Source: a bacterium (GTDB taxonomy: Bacteria > Electryoneota > Electryoneia > Electryoneales > Electryoneaceae). From it: DNA of 64,000 nucleotides. The notes beneath the pieces were generated by a model. The model ran no database searches and had not been told where the DNA came from. It saw nothing but the letters and a program-made list of their open reading frames with translations. Shown here one piece after another: positions 19,984 through 30,749 of this stretch; within the stretch, counting starts at the first letter, position 1; every line of letters starts with the position of its first letter. A program made the translations under genes and the position numbers. The stretch is taken from NCBI GenBank assembly GCA_963675295.2, contig CAXXKJ010000002.1, positions 3,776,001 through 3,840,000 on the forward strand, written 5' to 3'.

Positions 19984-21081
19984 TCAGTCAATAGCGACGA
20001 CGGACTCCTTCGCCTCCGGTTCAACAAACTTCAGCAGCTTCTTACCTTCCCGTTCCAGCTGTTTCTGCACTGTCTTGGTCAGCTTGATGAACGGCGTCAG
20101 GTTCAACGTCGCGACCTTGCGTTTGATCTCAGTCTTCCACGTTCCCGCGACGAAGCCGTCCATGAGGAACGTCGCCGGCACCATCAGGTTTTTCGTCACC
20201 ATTCCCTTGCGGTGTTCGTCCGCCACGATCCGTGTCCGGTCCTGATGCCCGAGAATCGCGTTGTCGTAGTCGGCGAGGTAGCGCACCGGCACTTTGGTCT
20301 CGGCGGGTGGACGGGGCGCGTCCGGGAGGTCGTACAGCGTGCGTTTGCGTTCGTCCTTGAACGTGACCAGCTCGTCCTCGAGTTGCTCGAAGATCGGTTT
20401 AAGTCCCTGCAGGCCTGACCAGTTCTGCATGTCGCCCGGAGTCGCCGGTCCGAACGCCGCGAGGTACCGTTTCACCAACTCCGGCAGGTATTCGCGGGGG
20501 TTGATCTCGGCGCCCAGCCATCGGTCCGCGACCGCGAACCCGGCTTTCGCGTGCCACGCCCAGCGGTCCTCATTCGGCACCATCACCAGCGGCAGATGGG
20601 TACGCACCAGGTAGCCGAGCATACGGTGGTTCGTGTCCGGAAACCGTTCCTGCAGCAGGGGACGGATCTCCGCGAACGGCAGGTCATCATCCCCGAGCAA
20701 CTCTCGCGCGCCAGCCACAATCTCGGCGAAGTCGAGTCCGTCCAGATCTTTCCGTGCGATCGACCCCAACGCCTTGCTCAACACGGGCTGCAGCGTTTGC
20801 CGGAAGGTGAGGAAATCGGTGGTGCTGATCAGGTGAATCGTCGCCCGCAGCCACGTCGCCCGCACCACCTGCTTCGACGTGATGGACGCGTACAAATCAT
20901 CGCGGCTGAATTTCTCCAACCTGCTCCACAGCGCGACGAACGGCGGCCGGGCGATCTGCGCCTGCAGTCCGCCAAGCTGGTTAATGGCGTCGAGTGGCGA
21001 GAGCGTCGCTCGTTCCAGCAGCAGCTGCCGTGCGAGCAACGCACGGTTCAGGTCACGTGTAGTCAAGGTTTCAGGGGACAT
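19984..21081 (-). CDS. AlkZ-family (HTH_42) winged-helix DNA glycosylase
   Basis: LNRALLARQLLL, GLQAQ (QxQ), RATWLRATIHL, RYLAAFGPAT, DGFVAGTW. Confidence 0.85.
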   Translation of the reverse strand: MSPETLTTRDLNRALLARQLLLERATLSPLDAINQLGGLQAQIARPPFVALWSRLEKFSRDDLYASITSKQVVRATWLRATIHLISTTDFLTFRQTLQPVLSKALGSIARKDLDGLDFAEIVAGARELLGDDDLPFAEIRPLLQERFPDTNHRMLGYLVRTHLPLVMVPNEDRWAWHAKAGFAVADRWLGAEINPREYLPELVKRYLAAFGPATPGDMQNWSGLQGLKPIFEQLEDELVTFKDERKRTLYDLPDAPRPPAETKVPVRYLADYDNAILGHQDRTRIVADEHRKGMVTKNLMVPATFLMDGFVAGTWKTEIKRKVATLNLTPFIKLTKTVQKQLEREGKKLLKFVEPEAKESVVAID

Positions 21082-21488
21082 TGTTTTCCGGGTGTTGGTC
21101 TGGTCAGTAGCGTCGGACGTGTCAACTTTTGCGGTTGCTAAAGGAACGGATGTTCAGTCCCTGAATCAAAGCGCCGGATCACACGATGAACACCACCGGA
21201 GTCCACCGTACGGGGACATACGCCAATCCATGTGCCCCTGATGGCTCCGCCAGCAGGGCTTTTCCGCCGTCCACTCCATATGCCCCCGTGACCCACGCGC
21301 CAGCGTGGTTCGCAGGGCTACTAAACCGACCGTCTCCGTCTCGATCCGCTCGATAGAGGTCATTTCTCTCGGAAATCGGCAGCCGCTTGCTGTATCTTCA
21401 CCGCCATTGCAGCCGGGCTGGTCAGCCATACCGCGCGGAGTGTCTGACCTCCCGATCCCCTCCCCTTTCTGAACTGGAGGCCGTCGCC

Positions 21489-22904
21489 ATGAGTCAGTAC
21501 CAGAAAATATTCGAGTTGATCAAGACGAAGAATGTGCAGCAGGTGGACATCCGTTTCATGGATTTCCCCGGCATGCATCAGCACTTCACCGTGCCGGTCA
21601 GCCAGTTGACCGAGGAGTCGTTCAAGGAAGGGTTCGGGTTTGACGGATCCTCCATTCGCGGCTGGCGTCAGATCAACGAATCCGACATGCTCGTCGTGCC
21701 GGACATGCAGACGGCGGTGATTGACCCGTTCAGCGACATCCCGACGCTGATCCTGTTCGGCGACATTTTCGATCCGTCGACGATGATGCCCTACGACAAG
21801 GACCCGCGCGGCGTGTTGCAGAAAGCGCTTGCCTACATGCGCACCTCTGGCATTGCGGACGAAGCCTACTTCGGCCCGGAATGCGAATTCTTCGTCTTCA
21901 ATGACATCCGCTACGGCCAGTCCGCCAACGCCGGATTCTATTTCATCGACTCGAAGGAAGGGCACTGGAACTCCGGCACCGAAGAAAACCCGAACCTCGG
22001 ATACAAGCCGCGCTACAAGGAAGGGTATTTCCCGGTTCCGCCGTCCGACAAGCTGCACAACCTGCGCAGCGAGATGGTGATGATTCTCGAGTCGATGGGG
22101 ATCACGATTGAAGCGCATCATCACGAAGTCGCCAGTGGCGGGCAGTGCGAGATCAACATGCGATTCGCGCCCCTGTTGGCCATGGCGGACAGCCTGCAGC
22201 TGTACAAGTACGTGGTAAAGAACACGGCGTACAAGCACAACTTGACCGCGACCTTCATGCCGAAGCCGTTGCATGGCGATAATGGGTCCGGCATGCACAC
22301 CAACATGAGCCTCTGGAAGGGCAACCAGCCGTTGTTCGCCGGGGACGGATACGCCGGTCTCAGCGACACCGCGCTCTATTTCATCGGCGGATTGCTGCAT
22401 CATGCCGGTGCGTTGTGCGCCTTCACCAACCCGACCACCAACAGCTACAAGCGCCTCGTGCCGGGCTTTGAAGCGCCGACACGCCTCGCCTACAGCCAGC
22501 GCAACCGCTCCGCCGCGATTCGGATTCCGGTCTACAGCAACAGCCCGAAGAGCAAGCGGGTCGAGTATCGCGTGCCCGACCCGAGCAGCAACCCGTACCT
22601 CGCGTTCTCGGCGTTGCTGATGGCCGGCCTCGACGGCATCCAGAACCGCATGCACCCCGGCGATCCGTTCGACAAGAACATGTACGACCTCGAGCCGGAA
22701 GAGCTGGAAAATGTCCCGGAGACCCCACGCGACCTCGCCAGCGCCCTCGACGCCCTCGAGCAGGACCAGGACTTCCTCTACAAGGGCAATGTGTTCACTG
22801 AGGACGTGATCGACACCTGGATCTGGTACAAGCGCGATCGCGAAGTCACGGCCCTCGCGCAACGTCCGCACCCGTGGGAATTTGAGCTGTATTACGACAT
22901 CTAG
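21489..22904 (+). CDS. glnA: Glutamine synthetase type I
   Basis: FDGSSIRGW, HHHEVA, ATFMPKP…NGSGMH, NRSAAIRIP, KNMYDL adenylylation loop, RPHPWEFELYYDI. Confidence 0.98.
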   Translation: MSQYQKIFELIKTKNVQQVDIRFMDFPGMHQHFTVPVSQLTEESFKEGFGFDGSSIRGWRQINESDMLVVPDMQTAVIDPFSDIPTLILFGDIFDPSTMMPYDKDPRGVLQKALAYMRTSGIADEAYFGPECEFFVFNDIRYGQSANAGFYFIDSKEGHWNSGTEENPNLGYKPRYKEGYFPVPPSDKLHNLRSEMVMILESMGITIEAHHHEVASGGQCEINMRFAPLLAMADSLQLYKYVVKNTAYKHNLTATFMPKPLHGDNGSGMHTNMSLWKGNQPLFAGDGYAGLSDTALYFIGGLLHHAGALCAFTNPTTNSYKRLVPGFEAPTRLAYSQRNRSAAIRIPVYSNSPKSKRVEYRVPDPSSNPYLAFSALLMAGLDGIQNRMHPGDPFDKNMYDLEPEELENVPETPRDLASALDALEQDQDFLYKGNVFTEDVIDTWIWYKRDREVTALAQRPHPWEFELYYDI

Positions 22905-22937
22905 GCTTGAGTCTGGAGTCGAAACCACACAGTTCCT

Positions 22938-22969
22938 GCCCGCATTGCTGAAATGGCCAATGCGGGCTT
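22938..22969 (+). terminator. Probable terminator after glnA
   Basis: GCCCGCATTG…CAATGCGGGC-TT. Confidence 0.55.
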
Positions 22970-23109
22970 ACTCGTTCTGCCTGCCTCGTTCTACCCGCTT
23001 ACCCTTCCTGCTCCGATTCCGCAAATAGGAGTCAATCCGAATTGCGGTCTGTACTCCTTTTTTCACATAGTGTTAGCGCAACCGTGAACTGAAGAGGAGC
23101 ACGATTGAT

Positions 23110-23340
23110 ATGGCACGCATGAAGACATTGCTGATGATGTTGTTTATCCTGAGTCTCGCAAGCTTCCCGCTTGGTTGTTCGGATGAGATGCAGGACGACG
23201 CGGAAGACACGATGGAAGACATTGGCGAAGAAGCTGAAGACGCAGCCGAAGATGTTGAGGATGGGATTGACGACATGACGGACGGCCAGGAAGGCAGTTC
23301 TTTGTTGCATCTCATCGACCGCAACCTTGATCTCGTGTAA
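23110..23340 (+). CDS. Small acidic lipoprotein, unknown function
   Basis: RBS GAGGAG, hydrophobic signal ending LGC, then D/E-rich repeats (DAEDTMED, EAEDAAEDVED). Confidence 0.65.
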   Translation: MARMKTLLMMLFILSLASFPLGCSDEMQDDAEDTMEDIGEEAEDAAEDVEDGIDDMTDGQEGSSLLHLIDRNLDLV

Positions 23341-23364
23341 GGTTGCCTCTGTCTTGTAGCAAAC

Positions 23365-23394
23365 AACCCGTTACGGTTCGCCGTAACGGGTTTT
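23365..23394. terminator. Bidirectional terminator
   Basis: AACCCGTTACGG-TTCG-CCGTAACGGGTT between convergent genes. Confidence 0.8.
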
Positions 23395-23422
23395 ATCGTT
23401 CAATCAGCCAATCGTCTGCTAA

Positions 23423-24091
23423 TCAATCCCCGACATACACATCGTTCTGCTGTGTGAAGTAGTAGGTTGATTCTTCAAATGGCGAGCTTTTCCCGAGCGA
23501 CTCAGCATAATAGAACACCACCCGCAGGCTGTCGGTCAGGTATTGGCTCGGGATCGCGACCTCGAGCGGGCTCGTGCCGTAGAGGTAATCGTCGTAGGAC
23601 TCGGTCGTGAACTGGAACAGTTCGATTGTCCCTTCGATCGCCTCGTTGGACGACGTCCAGGTCACGATGAAGTACGGCTCGATCGGACTGTCTTCCACCT
23701 CGGGCATCCCGGACACAACCACGCGTTCCAGATCAACCGTGTACTTGTGGGTGCCATTCTTGTCAACCACGATTTCCACCGCGCCCTCGAGGTTCCCGTA
23801 CGCCCGCTGGTATGCGCCGAGGGTGGACGACCAATTCAACTGGGCGCCGTTGACAGTGACCGTCGCATCATCAGACTGATCAATCTCCTCGGTGCCGAGC
23901 AGGCTGCTGGTCTTGGTTTCGACGAACACGGTCACATACAGCAGGCTGTCGCCGTCCACAATCCGTTCGCTGATCTGGGTGTAGATGGTCAACTCTTCGT
24001 CCTTATCGCACGCGGTCAACATCAACAGCGCGACCAGCAATATCGCCACCAGCGCCAACAGAACCGGAACACGATTCACCTTTGTTTTCAT
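23423..24091 (-). CDS. Hypothetical lipoprotein
   Basis: MKTK…LLMLTAC lipobox; beta-rich mature region. Confidence 0.7.
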   Translation of the reverse strand: MKTKVNRVPVLLALVAILLVALLMLTACDKDEELTIYTQISERIVDGDSLLYVTVFVETKTSSLLGTEEIDQSDDATVTVNGAQLNWSSTLGAYQRAYGNLEGAVEIVVDKNGTHKYTVDLERVVVSGMPEVEDSPIEPYFIVTWTSSNEAIEGTIELFQFTTESYDDYLYGTSPLEVAIPSQYLTDSLRVVFYYAESLGKSSPFEESTYYFTQQNDVYVGD

Positions 24092-24102
24092 CGGACTTCC
24101 GC

Positions 24103-24552
24103 TCACTGATCCTCTCCCGGTTGCAGTTGTTTCTCCTGCCAGTTTTCCGCGTAGGCGATCCGGATATCCTCGTACACGTCCAGCACCCAATTGGTCACCA
24201 CCCAGTCACGTAGCGTACCGACGAACAGCAGCAGGGTCAACAATACGGTCAATCCAAGCTCCACCGGATGCCGCACCGCCCCGCGTGTCTTCCGGCCAAG
24301 GTAATGCAGGAACGGCTTCCAGTTGAACTTGAACAGGTGGAAACCGAACGCGACCATGAACACGATCATCGAGGTGAGGTGCAGGTCCCACCACTGGTCA
24401 CGGGTGATCGCGAGGAACTTCCAGTCCATCAGTGACGCCAGCCGGTGGTGCGGCGCAACGTACAGCGCGATGCCGGACAGGGTGACGACGAAGGTGCCAA
24501 CAAACAGGGCGAGTGAGGTGAACACTCGCCAACGGAAACGGTAACGTTTCAT
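24103..24552 (-). CDS. DUF4405-like membrane protein
   Basis: SGIALYVAP…WWDLH…FHLFKFNWK, three hydrophobic segments. Confidence 0.7.
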   Translation of the reverse strand: MKRYRFRWRVFTSLALFVGTFVVTLSGIALYVAPHHRLASLMDWKFLAITRDQWWDLHLTSMIVFMVAFGFHLFKFNWKPFLHYLGRKTRGAVRHPVELGLTVLLTLLLFVGTLRDWVVTNWVLDVYEDIRIAYAENWQEKQLQPGEDQ

Positions 24553-24668
24553 GCCAGGTTCCGGTTACGTTTCGAACGACCTGCGAAGATGGGACGTTCG
24601 CCCCGAATCCGCAATGCTCGTGAAGCCGTGTCACAAGCCGGGGCACGCGTCAACCTATCAAAGTCGTT

Positions 24669-24896
24669 TTAACCGTTGGCCTGTTGGACGTCCTGTTCCA
24701 GCTCAAGGTTTACTTCGGAGACGAGCCCATCCACATCCTCGATCCCGGCGTCCTGGATCGCTTCCTCGACGGTCTTCCACAGTGGCGTGCCGCACTGAAT
24801 GCAGATAATGTCCCGGCGGGTGAGCAAACGGATGGCGAGCGGGGACACCCGGGCAACATCCTCGAGGTCCATGTCTTTCGTGATCGGCTGGTTCAT
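24669..24896 (-). CDS. DUF1858-like small CxxC protein
   Basis: ITKDMDLEDV…P…CIQCG…TVEEA. Confidence 0.7.
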   Translation of the reverse strand: MNQPITKDMDLEDVARVSPLAIRLLTRRDIICIQCGTPLWKTVEEAIQDAGIEDVDGLVSEVNLELEQDVQQANG

Positions 24897-25104
24897 CGGG
24901 TTCTCCACAGTTCGTGTATGTTGCCTGTTGGATGCGCACCCGTGTGCGGAGTTGCACGTGTCTGATCCCGCAAGGCTGCTTCGCAAGTCATTGAATCAAC
25001 GTGAGTTCGTCGGCTTTTTCTCCCCGTTGAGAGGTCGCGTCGGTGTTGCTACCCGTCCCGCCGGGAGGCTACCCTGTCTAGGACATTTCCACTTGGAGGA
25101 TTAC

Positions 25105-25791
25105 ATGCAGCGCATTTTTTCAGCGGTTGGTTTGACGCTTTCATTGTTGTTGATGGTGTTTGTTCTCGGTTGTGGCCAGAGCGGAGATACACAGCAGGCG
25201 GCGAAGCAGGAAGCCGAACAGTCGGCCGATCCGCACGCCGGCATGATGGGACACGGCCAGATGGGCGGCGGTGTGCAGTTGGTTGACGGCAAGCTCCCGA
25301 TCGGCCCGTGGATGGCAACCCTGCCGGAAGGCTGGACCGCGGAACGCCCGGCGTCGTCCATGCGCCAGGCGCAGATTCACCTCGACCCGGTCGAAGGCGA
25401 TCCGGATGAGGCGAGCGTGGTTGCATTCTATTTCGGACCGGAAGCCGGTTCGGTTGAGATGAACATCGAACGTTGGCGCAACCAGTTCACCAAGCCGGAC
25501 GGTTCCCCGTTAACTGAGGCCGACGTCACCCGTTCCTCCGGCCCGCTGAACGACAACGAGCTGACCTTTATCTCATTCACCGGGACGCAGAAGCCGTCCT
25601 CCATGCCCGGCGCGCCGCAAACCGGCGAACAGTCTGGTTGGATGAACGTCTCAGCGATCATCATGACCGATCAGGGTCCGTGGTTCTTCAAGGGCACCGG
25701 TCCGCAAGCGACGATGCAGCAGCACATCGCGGCATTCAAGCAGTTCCTCAACGATCTTGAGTACGGCGAGATGACCGCCCACCAAGGGTGA
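25105..25791 (+). CDS. Hypothetical lipoprotein
   Basis: RBS GGAGG, VLGC lipobox, DPHAGMMGH, LPEGW, NIERWRNQF, WFFKGTGP. Confidence 0.75.
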   Translation: MQRIFSAVGLTLSLLLMVFVLGCGQSGDTQQAAKQEAEQSADPHAGMMGHGQMGGGVQLVDGKLPIGPWMATLPEGWTAERPASSMRQAQIHLDPVEGDPDEASVVAFYFGPEAGSVEMNIERWRNQFTKPDGSPLTEADVTRSSGPLNDNELTFISFTGTQKPSSMPGAPQTGEQSGWMNVSAIIMTDQGPWFFKGTGPQATMQQHIAAFKQFLNDLEYGEMTAHQG

Positions 25792-25875
25792 GCGGCTCGT
25801 CGCAACCCACTGAAACATTTTACCCGGGGTCGCCGGTTTGCATGCTGCCGGCCGGCGATCCGATCAGGAACCAGC

Positions 25876-27450
25876 ATGAGCCCACGTAAAAGTGCTTCGA
25901 GCTCGAGCGGTTCAAAGAAACGTTCCGCTCCGAAAAGTACACAGCAGATTAAACAGGAGGCTCTGGCGAAACAGAACGGATCGGACGCTGCTCCGGAATC
26001 CACTGCATCCACCGGCAAATCGGCGAGCGTGAAAACACCCCGCCCGAAGCGGGCCGCTGCCAAATCGAAGCCGAAACCCGCCAGCTCGGTGAAAGTGAAC
26101 ACGGCCCGTTCAAGCCGCCGGAAACGGCAGCCGAAGGTCTTCGTGCTCGACACCAATGTCCTGCTGCACGATCCCAGCGCCTTGCTCCGTTTCGAGGAGA
26201 ACGATCTCTACATCCCGATTACGGTGCTGGAGGAAGTCGACCACTTCAAGAAGGGGCACGACACGATCAACTTCCACGCCCGTGAGGTGGCGCGGCAGTT
26301 GGACGAACTCCTGCCCGCTGTCGGCATCAGCTCCCAGGAAGGCACGCCGCTCGGCCCCGGTCTTGGTTCGTTGCACATCTTCGCCGGCCGCAAGCTGCAC
26401 GACCTGGTACGGCAGTCGTTCATGGACGCCACTGCCGACCACCGGATTCTTTCCGTCGCCTGCGAGGTGACCGAACTGTTGCCGGATCGCGAGGTGGTGC
26501 TGGTCAGCAAGGACGTTTCGCTCCGACTCAAGGCCCGCAGCGTCGGGATTCCAGCCGAGGACTATGAGAGCGACAAGGTCCCGGACCTCGACAAACTGTA
26601 TAAGGGCCGCTTCGAGCTCGAGGACATCAACCCCGACCTGATCGACCAGTTGTACGGCGAACCGTTCGAGGTGCCGCTGGAACTGTTCGACATTGACGAA
26701 CCGTACCCGAACGCGTATTACATCCTGAAAAGTCACCGTAAGAGTGCGTTGTCACGCTACGATGCTGAACGCGGTGCGCTGGTCCGTGTCGACAAGCGGC
26801 AGGGTTATGGCATCACCCCGCGCAACAGCGAGCAGACCTTCGCCCTCGACGCTCTGCTCAACGAACAGATTAAGCTGGTGACGTTTTCCGGCAAGGCGGG
26901 AACCGGCAAGACGCTGATCGCATTGGCGGGCGCGTTGGAAGCCCGGCGGCATTACGACCAGGTCTACCTCGCGCGTCCGGTGGTTCCGTTGGGACAGCAG
27001 GAGATCGGCTATCTGCCCGGCGACATCGAGGAAAAGCTCGACCCGTTCATGCAGCCGCTGTGGGACAATCTTGGCGTCATCCGTGGCCAGTACAAGCACA
27101 CCGACAAAAAGGTGCAGGCCATCGACGACATGCTGAAGAACCGCAAGCTTCAGATCAGCGCGCTGGCGTACATCCGTGGCCGCAGCTTGAACCGCATCTT
27201 CTTCATCGTTGACGAAGCCCAGAACCTCACCGGCCATGAGGTCAAGACCATCATCACTCGCGCTGGCGAAGGCACCAAGATTGTGCTCACCGGCGACCCG
27301 AACCAGATCGACAGCCCGTACCTCGACAGCCGTTCAAACGGTCTCACCCGCCTCATCGATAAGATGAAGGGCCAGCGTCTTTATGCGCATGTGACGCTGG
27401 AAAAGGGCGAACGCAGCCAGCTGTCAGACCTGGCGTCCACCCTGTTGTGA
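25876..27450 (+). CDS. PIN + PhoH ATPase fusion (PhoH2/YlaK-like)
   Basis: FVLDTNVLLHDP (PIN), GKAGTGKT, YIRGRSL, DEAQN, GDPNQID. Confidence 0.92.
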   Translation: MSPRKSASSSSGSKKRSAPKSTQQIKQEALAKQNGSDAAPESTASTGKSASVKTPRPKRAAAKSKPKPASSVKVNTARSSRRKRQPKVFVLDTNVLLHDPSALLRFEENDLYIPITVLEEVDHFKKGHDTINFHAREVARQLDELLPAVGISSQEGTPLGPGLGSLHIFAGRKLHDLVRQSFMDATADHRILSVACEVTELLPDREVVLVSKDVSLRLKARSVGIPAEDYESDKVPDLDKLYKGRFELEDINPDLIDQLYGEPFEVPLELFDIDEPYPNAYYILKSHRKSALSRYDAERGALVRVDKRQGYGITPRNSEQTFALDALLNEQIKLVTFSGKAGTGKTLIALAGALEARRHYDQVYLARPVVPLGQQEIGYLPGDIEEKLDPFMQPLWDNLGVIRGQYKHTDKKVQAIDDMLKNRKLQISALAYIRGRSLNRIFFIVDEAQNLTGHEVKTIITRAGEGTKIVLTGDPNQIDSPYLDSRSNGLTRLIDKMKGQRLYAHVTLEKGERSQLSDLASTLL

Positions 27451-27479
27451 CCGCGCGACCTGGTTTCAGCACAGAGAAA

Positions 27480-27508
27480 AGCCCCGCCCGGATCATCCGG
27501 ACGGGGCT
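27480..27508. terminator. Hairpin between convergent genes
   Basis: AGCCCCGCCCGGA-TCA-TCCGGACGGGGCT. Confidence 0.65.
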
Positions 27509-27531
27509 GTTGCTTGTGTTACAGGTCGTGC

Positions 27532-27918
27532 TCAGCGTTGTGCGATCCAGGTTCCAGAGGTCATTCCAATCACCAGCACCTGGCTGGTCTCTCCGAAATC
27601 GGAAGATGCGCGGAATGCGTTGTTCAACGAGCTGCGGAATTCGCTCTGTTGAGTCAGGATCGCATCCTTCGGGATGTCGTTCGCGACCGCCATTACCACC
27701 TCAAACAGATCCTCTTCAATCTGTTTCTGGGCACGCGGCAGATCCGGCGAAATCACCATCAGGTTGATGCCGACCATCGTGTTGTCGACATACTGGATGT
27801 CGTACTGCACCTGGAGCGGCGTCGCTTCTTCAGTCACCACCGGTTGCACGCTGGCGCACCCGTAGGCGAACAGCAGCACCGGAAGCAATGCGATCAATAG
27901 AATGTGTCGGCGGTTCAT
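27532..27918 (-). CDS. Hypothetical lipoprotein
   Basis: MNRRHILLIALLPVLLFAYGC lipobox-like signal. Confidence 0.6.
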   Translation of the reverse strand: MNRRHILLIALLPVLLFAYGCASVQPVVTEEATPLQVQYDIQYVDNTMVGINLMVISPDLPRAQKQIEEDLFEVVMAVANDIPKDAILTQQSEFRSSLNNAFRASSDFGETSQVLVIGMTSGTWIAQR

Positions 27919-28386
27919 CGTATCACCCTGACTTGCTCGTTTCGAGGGCTCGCCCAACCCCCGTGTACCGACCCCCAACAGAACTCGAACCTTTTATTAA
28001 CGCAATCCTAACACAACCGGGCCAAAAAAACGGGTCATTTCTACGTACTATAACCCGAGTTTGCGTATCCCGCCCGATTATCGTCTCCCTCGGACTGCGC
28101 AACCTTTAACCTGAACACAATATACCACTAACACATTCCTAATAAAACACCAACAACTCCTCGTGCTGAAAAAAGGAGAGTCGAACATCGATTCTCGCGA
28201 ATCACGATAATTCTGTCAGAATTTCGCAGTTTCATGCTGCCTTTTCGGGCTAATCGCAATCTTTAGCCAGCACTAACAAACACAGACTGTTAGCCGATCG
28301 ACAATCTCATTAAGTTGTTTTATCTCATTATCTAAGCAAAAACCTTGCTCTCGAGATAATTCCACTGGGCAATTCTTGCGTTTTCC

Positions 28387-28415
28387 TTGCTCCCACCGGT
28401 AACGAACCGTAATTT
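28387..28415 (+). promoter_or_regulatory. Putative sigma70 promoter, paralogue 1
   Basis: TTGCTC-N17-TAATTT, 220 nt before the ATG. Confidence 0.4.
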
Positions 28416-28634
28416 TCGTATCTGGGGGAATTGACTGCACTTCCTACCGCCTCTCCCCCATTCCAGCACATGTTCGCGTGGTTTCGGTTTCCCGCACTGA
28501 GCGCGTTTTGGGCTTCAAACGGGAGAACGGATGACTCCCGCTTTGCGGATCCGGTTTTCGTTGAACCGGAGCGTGGCCGTCTGATCGGTCACGAAACAGC
28601 GGCTGCACACTGGGCCGCGGAAGGAGGATGCAAC

Positions 28635-30479
28635 ATGAGGTGGACAAGGGGACTAGTGCTCGCAATGCTTGTGGTGATGGTGCCGTTTGCGGTATCGGCT
28701 GAGTTGGTTCAGCTGCCATCAGCGCCAGATAACGGCCAGATTCCGGCGAACACCGTGTACACCTGGCCGGGAACGGCGACGTTGACCGAAGACATGGTCG
28801 ATACGAACGCGGAACCGTTTTTCCCGGACATTCGTGCGGACCGGCTGAACGCCAACCAGGACGAAATCGGCCAGGGGAATCAGATCGATGATCTGACCCA
28901 GATCTACATTGACGGATTTTTCCCCGGCTGGGAAACAAACTGGGCCGGCCCCTATGGTGGCGGCTATGATTCCGGTGGCTCCTTTCACAGCTGGATATGG
29001 ACAGAGCGCACCGAACGGTCAAGCGTGGGCAGCTATGCGGCCTGGTGCGCCGGGGATGCGTCCGAGGTACCCGACCCGGGAACGGATACGTATCCGGACA
29101 ACATGGTCACCTGGATGTACTATGGACCGGTGGACATGAGCACGTATGATGGCGCGGCGATGGAATTCGATGCGTTCGTCGACTGCGAAGGACGGTGGGA
29201 CTACCTCTTCGCTGGAATCAGTTATGACGGCTACAACTTCACGGGGAACTATTATTCCGGTTACGACGGCGCCTGGCACACCAACCTGATGTTTTCGGAC
29301 GAATTCTCCGGCACAGCCAGCTCGGTCTATTTCCTGTTCAAATTCCAGAGTGACTACACCGGCAGCTCCGGTGAGGGCATGTGGATCGACCAGGTTCGTC
29401 TTTACGGTGACACATTCGTGCGGCCGGATCTGCGCCTGACCGGTTTCTCGTGGACGCCAATGAATCCGGCATCTGGCGCTTCAGTCGACATCACCTTGGA
29501 CTATACCAATGCCGGTGCGGGTGATGCCGGTCCATTTTACGTAGACGTATTTACCGACACTGACGGAGTGATGCCTGAGATCGGTCAGACTGGTGATATC
29601 GCCCACTACAATTCGAGTGGTCTTGCTGCCGGTGCCTCGACCTCGTACTCCTGGACCATCTCCTACCCGTCCAATGGTACTCGCTGGTTGACCGCGTTGA
29701 TCGATACCGATGAGTTAGTTGACGAATGGAATGAGAACAACAATACCTGGGGGGTCGAAAAACTTCCGGTCGGCACATCAACCATCATCTGGGCTGGTCC
29801 GGTCACACCAACCTTGGTGCCCGCCACTGGAGGCTGGATCAATTACGACGTGACAGCATACCAGTACACCGCAACGCAAACCCGCCCGGCCTGGATCAGC
29901 ATCCGCTACGGAACAGGCTTCTCTGTCGAAGTCTTCCAGACAGCAGGTCCGATCCCGATGGTTCCAGGACCACCACGCCTTGCTTCTCCCAACCACTACA
30001 TCCCGAGCAACGCACCGGGCGGCCACTATAAGGTGAACGTCTGCTTCGGGAGTTACCCGTGGTACCCCTACGACACCGGCGTCACCTATTTCTGGAAAGA
30101 TGGGCCGGTGGCGAACAGCCTGCGTGACTTTGAAGGGGTTGAGTTCCAGACCAGCGACCTCGAATGGACCGAAGTCATGGCGGATGATGGCACCACGATG
30201 AATACCCTGCCCACGGAATTCGCCATGGGCGCGGCCTATCCGAACCCGTTCAACCCGGCGACCACCATCTCGCTCGCGTTGCCCGAAACCACGGAATTGA
30301 CCGTCACCGTCTTCAACCTCCAGGGCCAGTTGGTGACCACTCTCGCGTCTGGTCAGTACCCGGCGGGTCAGCACCAGATCGTGTTTGACGCAACCGATCT
30401 GGCCAGTGGCGTCTACCTGGTTCAGGCCACGACCGGCGCTGGTGAGACAGCGGTACAGAAAGTGATCCTGATGAAGTAA
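28635..30479 (+). CDS. Secreted jelly-roll (MAM/InhA-like) + CARDB + T9SS-like CTD protein, paralogue 1
   Basis: RBS AAGGAGG, signal peptide, FKFQSD…GMWIDQV, PDLRLT…DEWNENNN (CARDB), PNPFN…KVILMK. Confidence 0.85.
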   Translation: MRWTRGLVLAMLVVMVPFAVSAELVQLPSAPDNGQIPANTVYTWPGTATLTEDMVDTNAEPFFPDIRADRLNANQDEIGQGNQIDDLTQIYIDGFFPGWETNWAGPYGGGYDSGGSFHSWIWTERTERSSVGSYAAWCAGDASEVPDPGTDTYPDNMVTWMYYGPVDMSTYDGAAMEFDAFVDCEGRWDYLFAGISYDGYNFTGNYYSGYDGAWHTNLMFSDEFSGTASSVYFLFKFQSDYTGSSGEGMWIDQVRLYGDTFVRPDLRLTGFSWTPMNPASGASVDITLDYTNAGAGDAGPFYVDVFTDTDGVMPEIGQTGDIAHYNSSGLAAGASTSYSWTISYPSNGTRWLTALIDTDELVDEWNENNNTWGVEKLPVGTSTIIWAGPVTPTLVPATGGWINYDVTAYQYTATQTRPAWISIRYGTGFSVEVFQTAGPIPMVPGPPRLASPNHYIPSNAPGGHYKVNVCFGSYPWYPYDTGVTYFWKDGPVANSLRDFEGVEFQTSDLEWTEVMADDGTTMNTLPTEFAMGAAYPNPFNPATTISLALPETTELTVTVFNLQGQLVTTLASGQYPAGQHQIVFDATDLASGVYLVQATTGAGETAVQKVILMK

Positions 30480-30509
30480 AACATGTAGGAAAAAGTATTG
30501 TATTTCAAC

Positions 30510-30535
30510 ATGCCAGCCTTTTGGCTGGCATTTTT
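30510..30535 (+). terminator. Intrinsic terminator
   Basis: ATGCCAGCC-TTTT-GGCTGGCAT-TTTT. Confidence 0.75.
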
Positions 30536-30720
30536 GCTCTCTTCAGAGCAGAACTAACAATCGTTATCCAAAGCAAAACCAACGCAATACCTTTTATTAG
30601 CACATGCAAATACGCACTAACTACAGCAATGAAAAACGTGTGATAACAATCGGTTATCTTTGTAAATATGTCGTATTTTGTGATCCAAGTCACGGAACTC
30701 TGAATTCTTAACGTTGGTTC

Positions 30721-30749
30721 TTGACTTTAGGAGGGCTACGTTCTACTCT
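30721..30749 (+). promoter_or_regulatory. Putative sigma70 promoter, paralogue 2
   Basis: TTGACT-N17-TACTCT, 220 nt before the ATG. Confidence 0.6.

Noticed and set aside
21377-21391. sigma54 promoter for glnA (CGGCAGCCGCTTGCT)
   Set aside because: Spacing is GG-N9-GC, one base short of the required N10.
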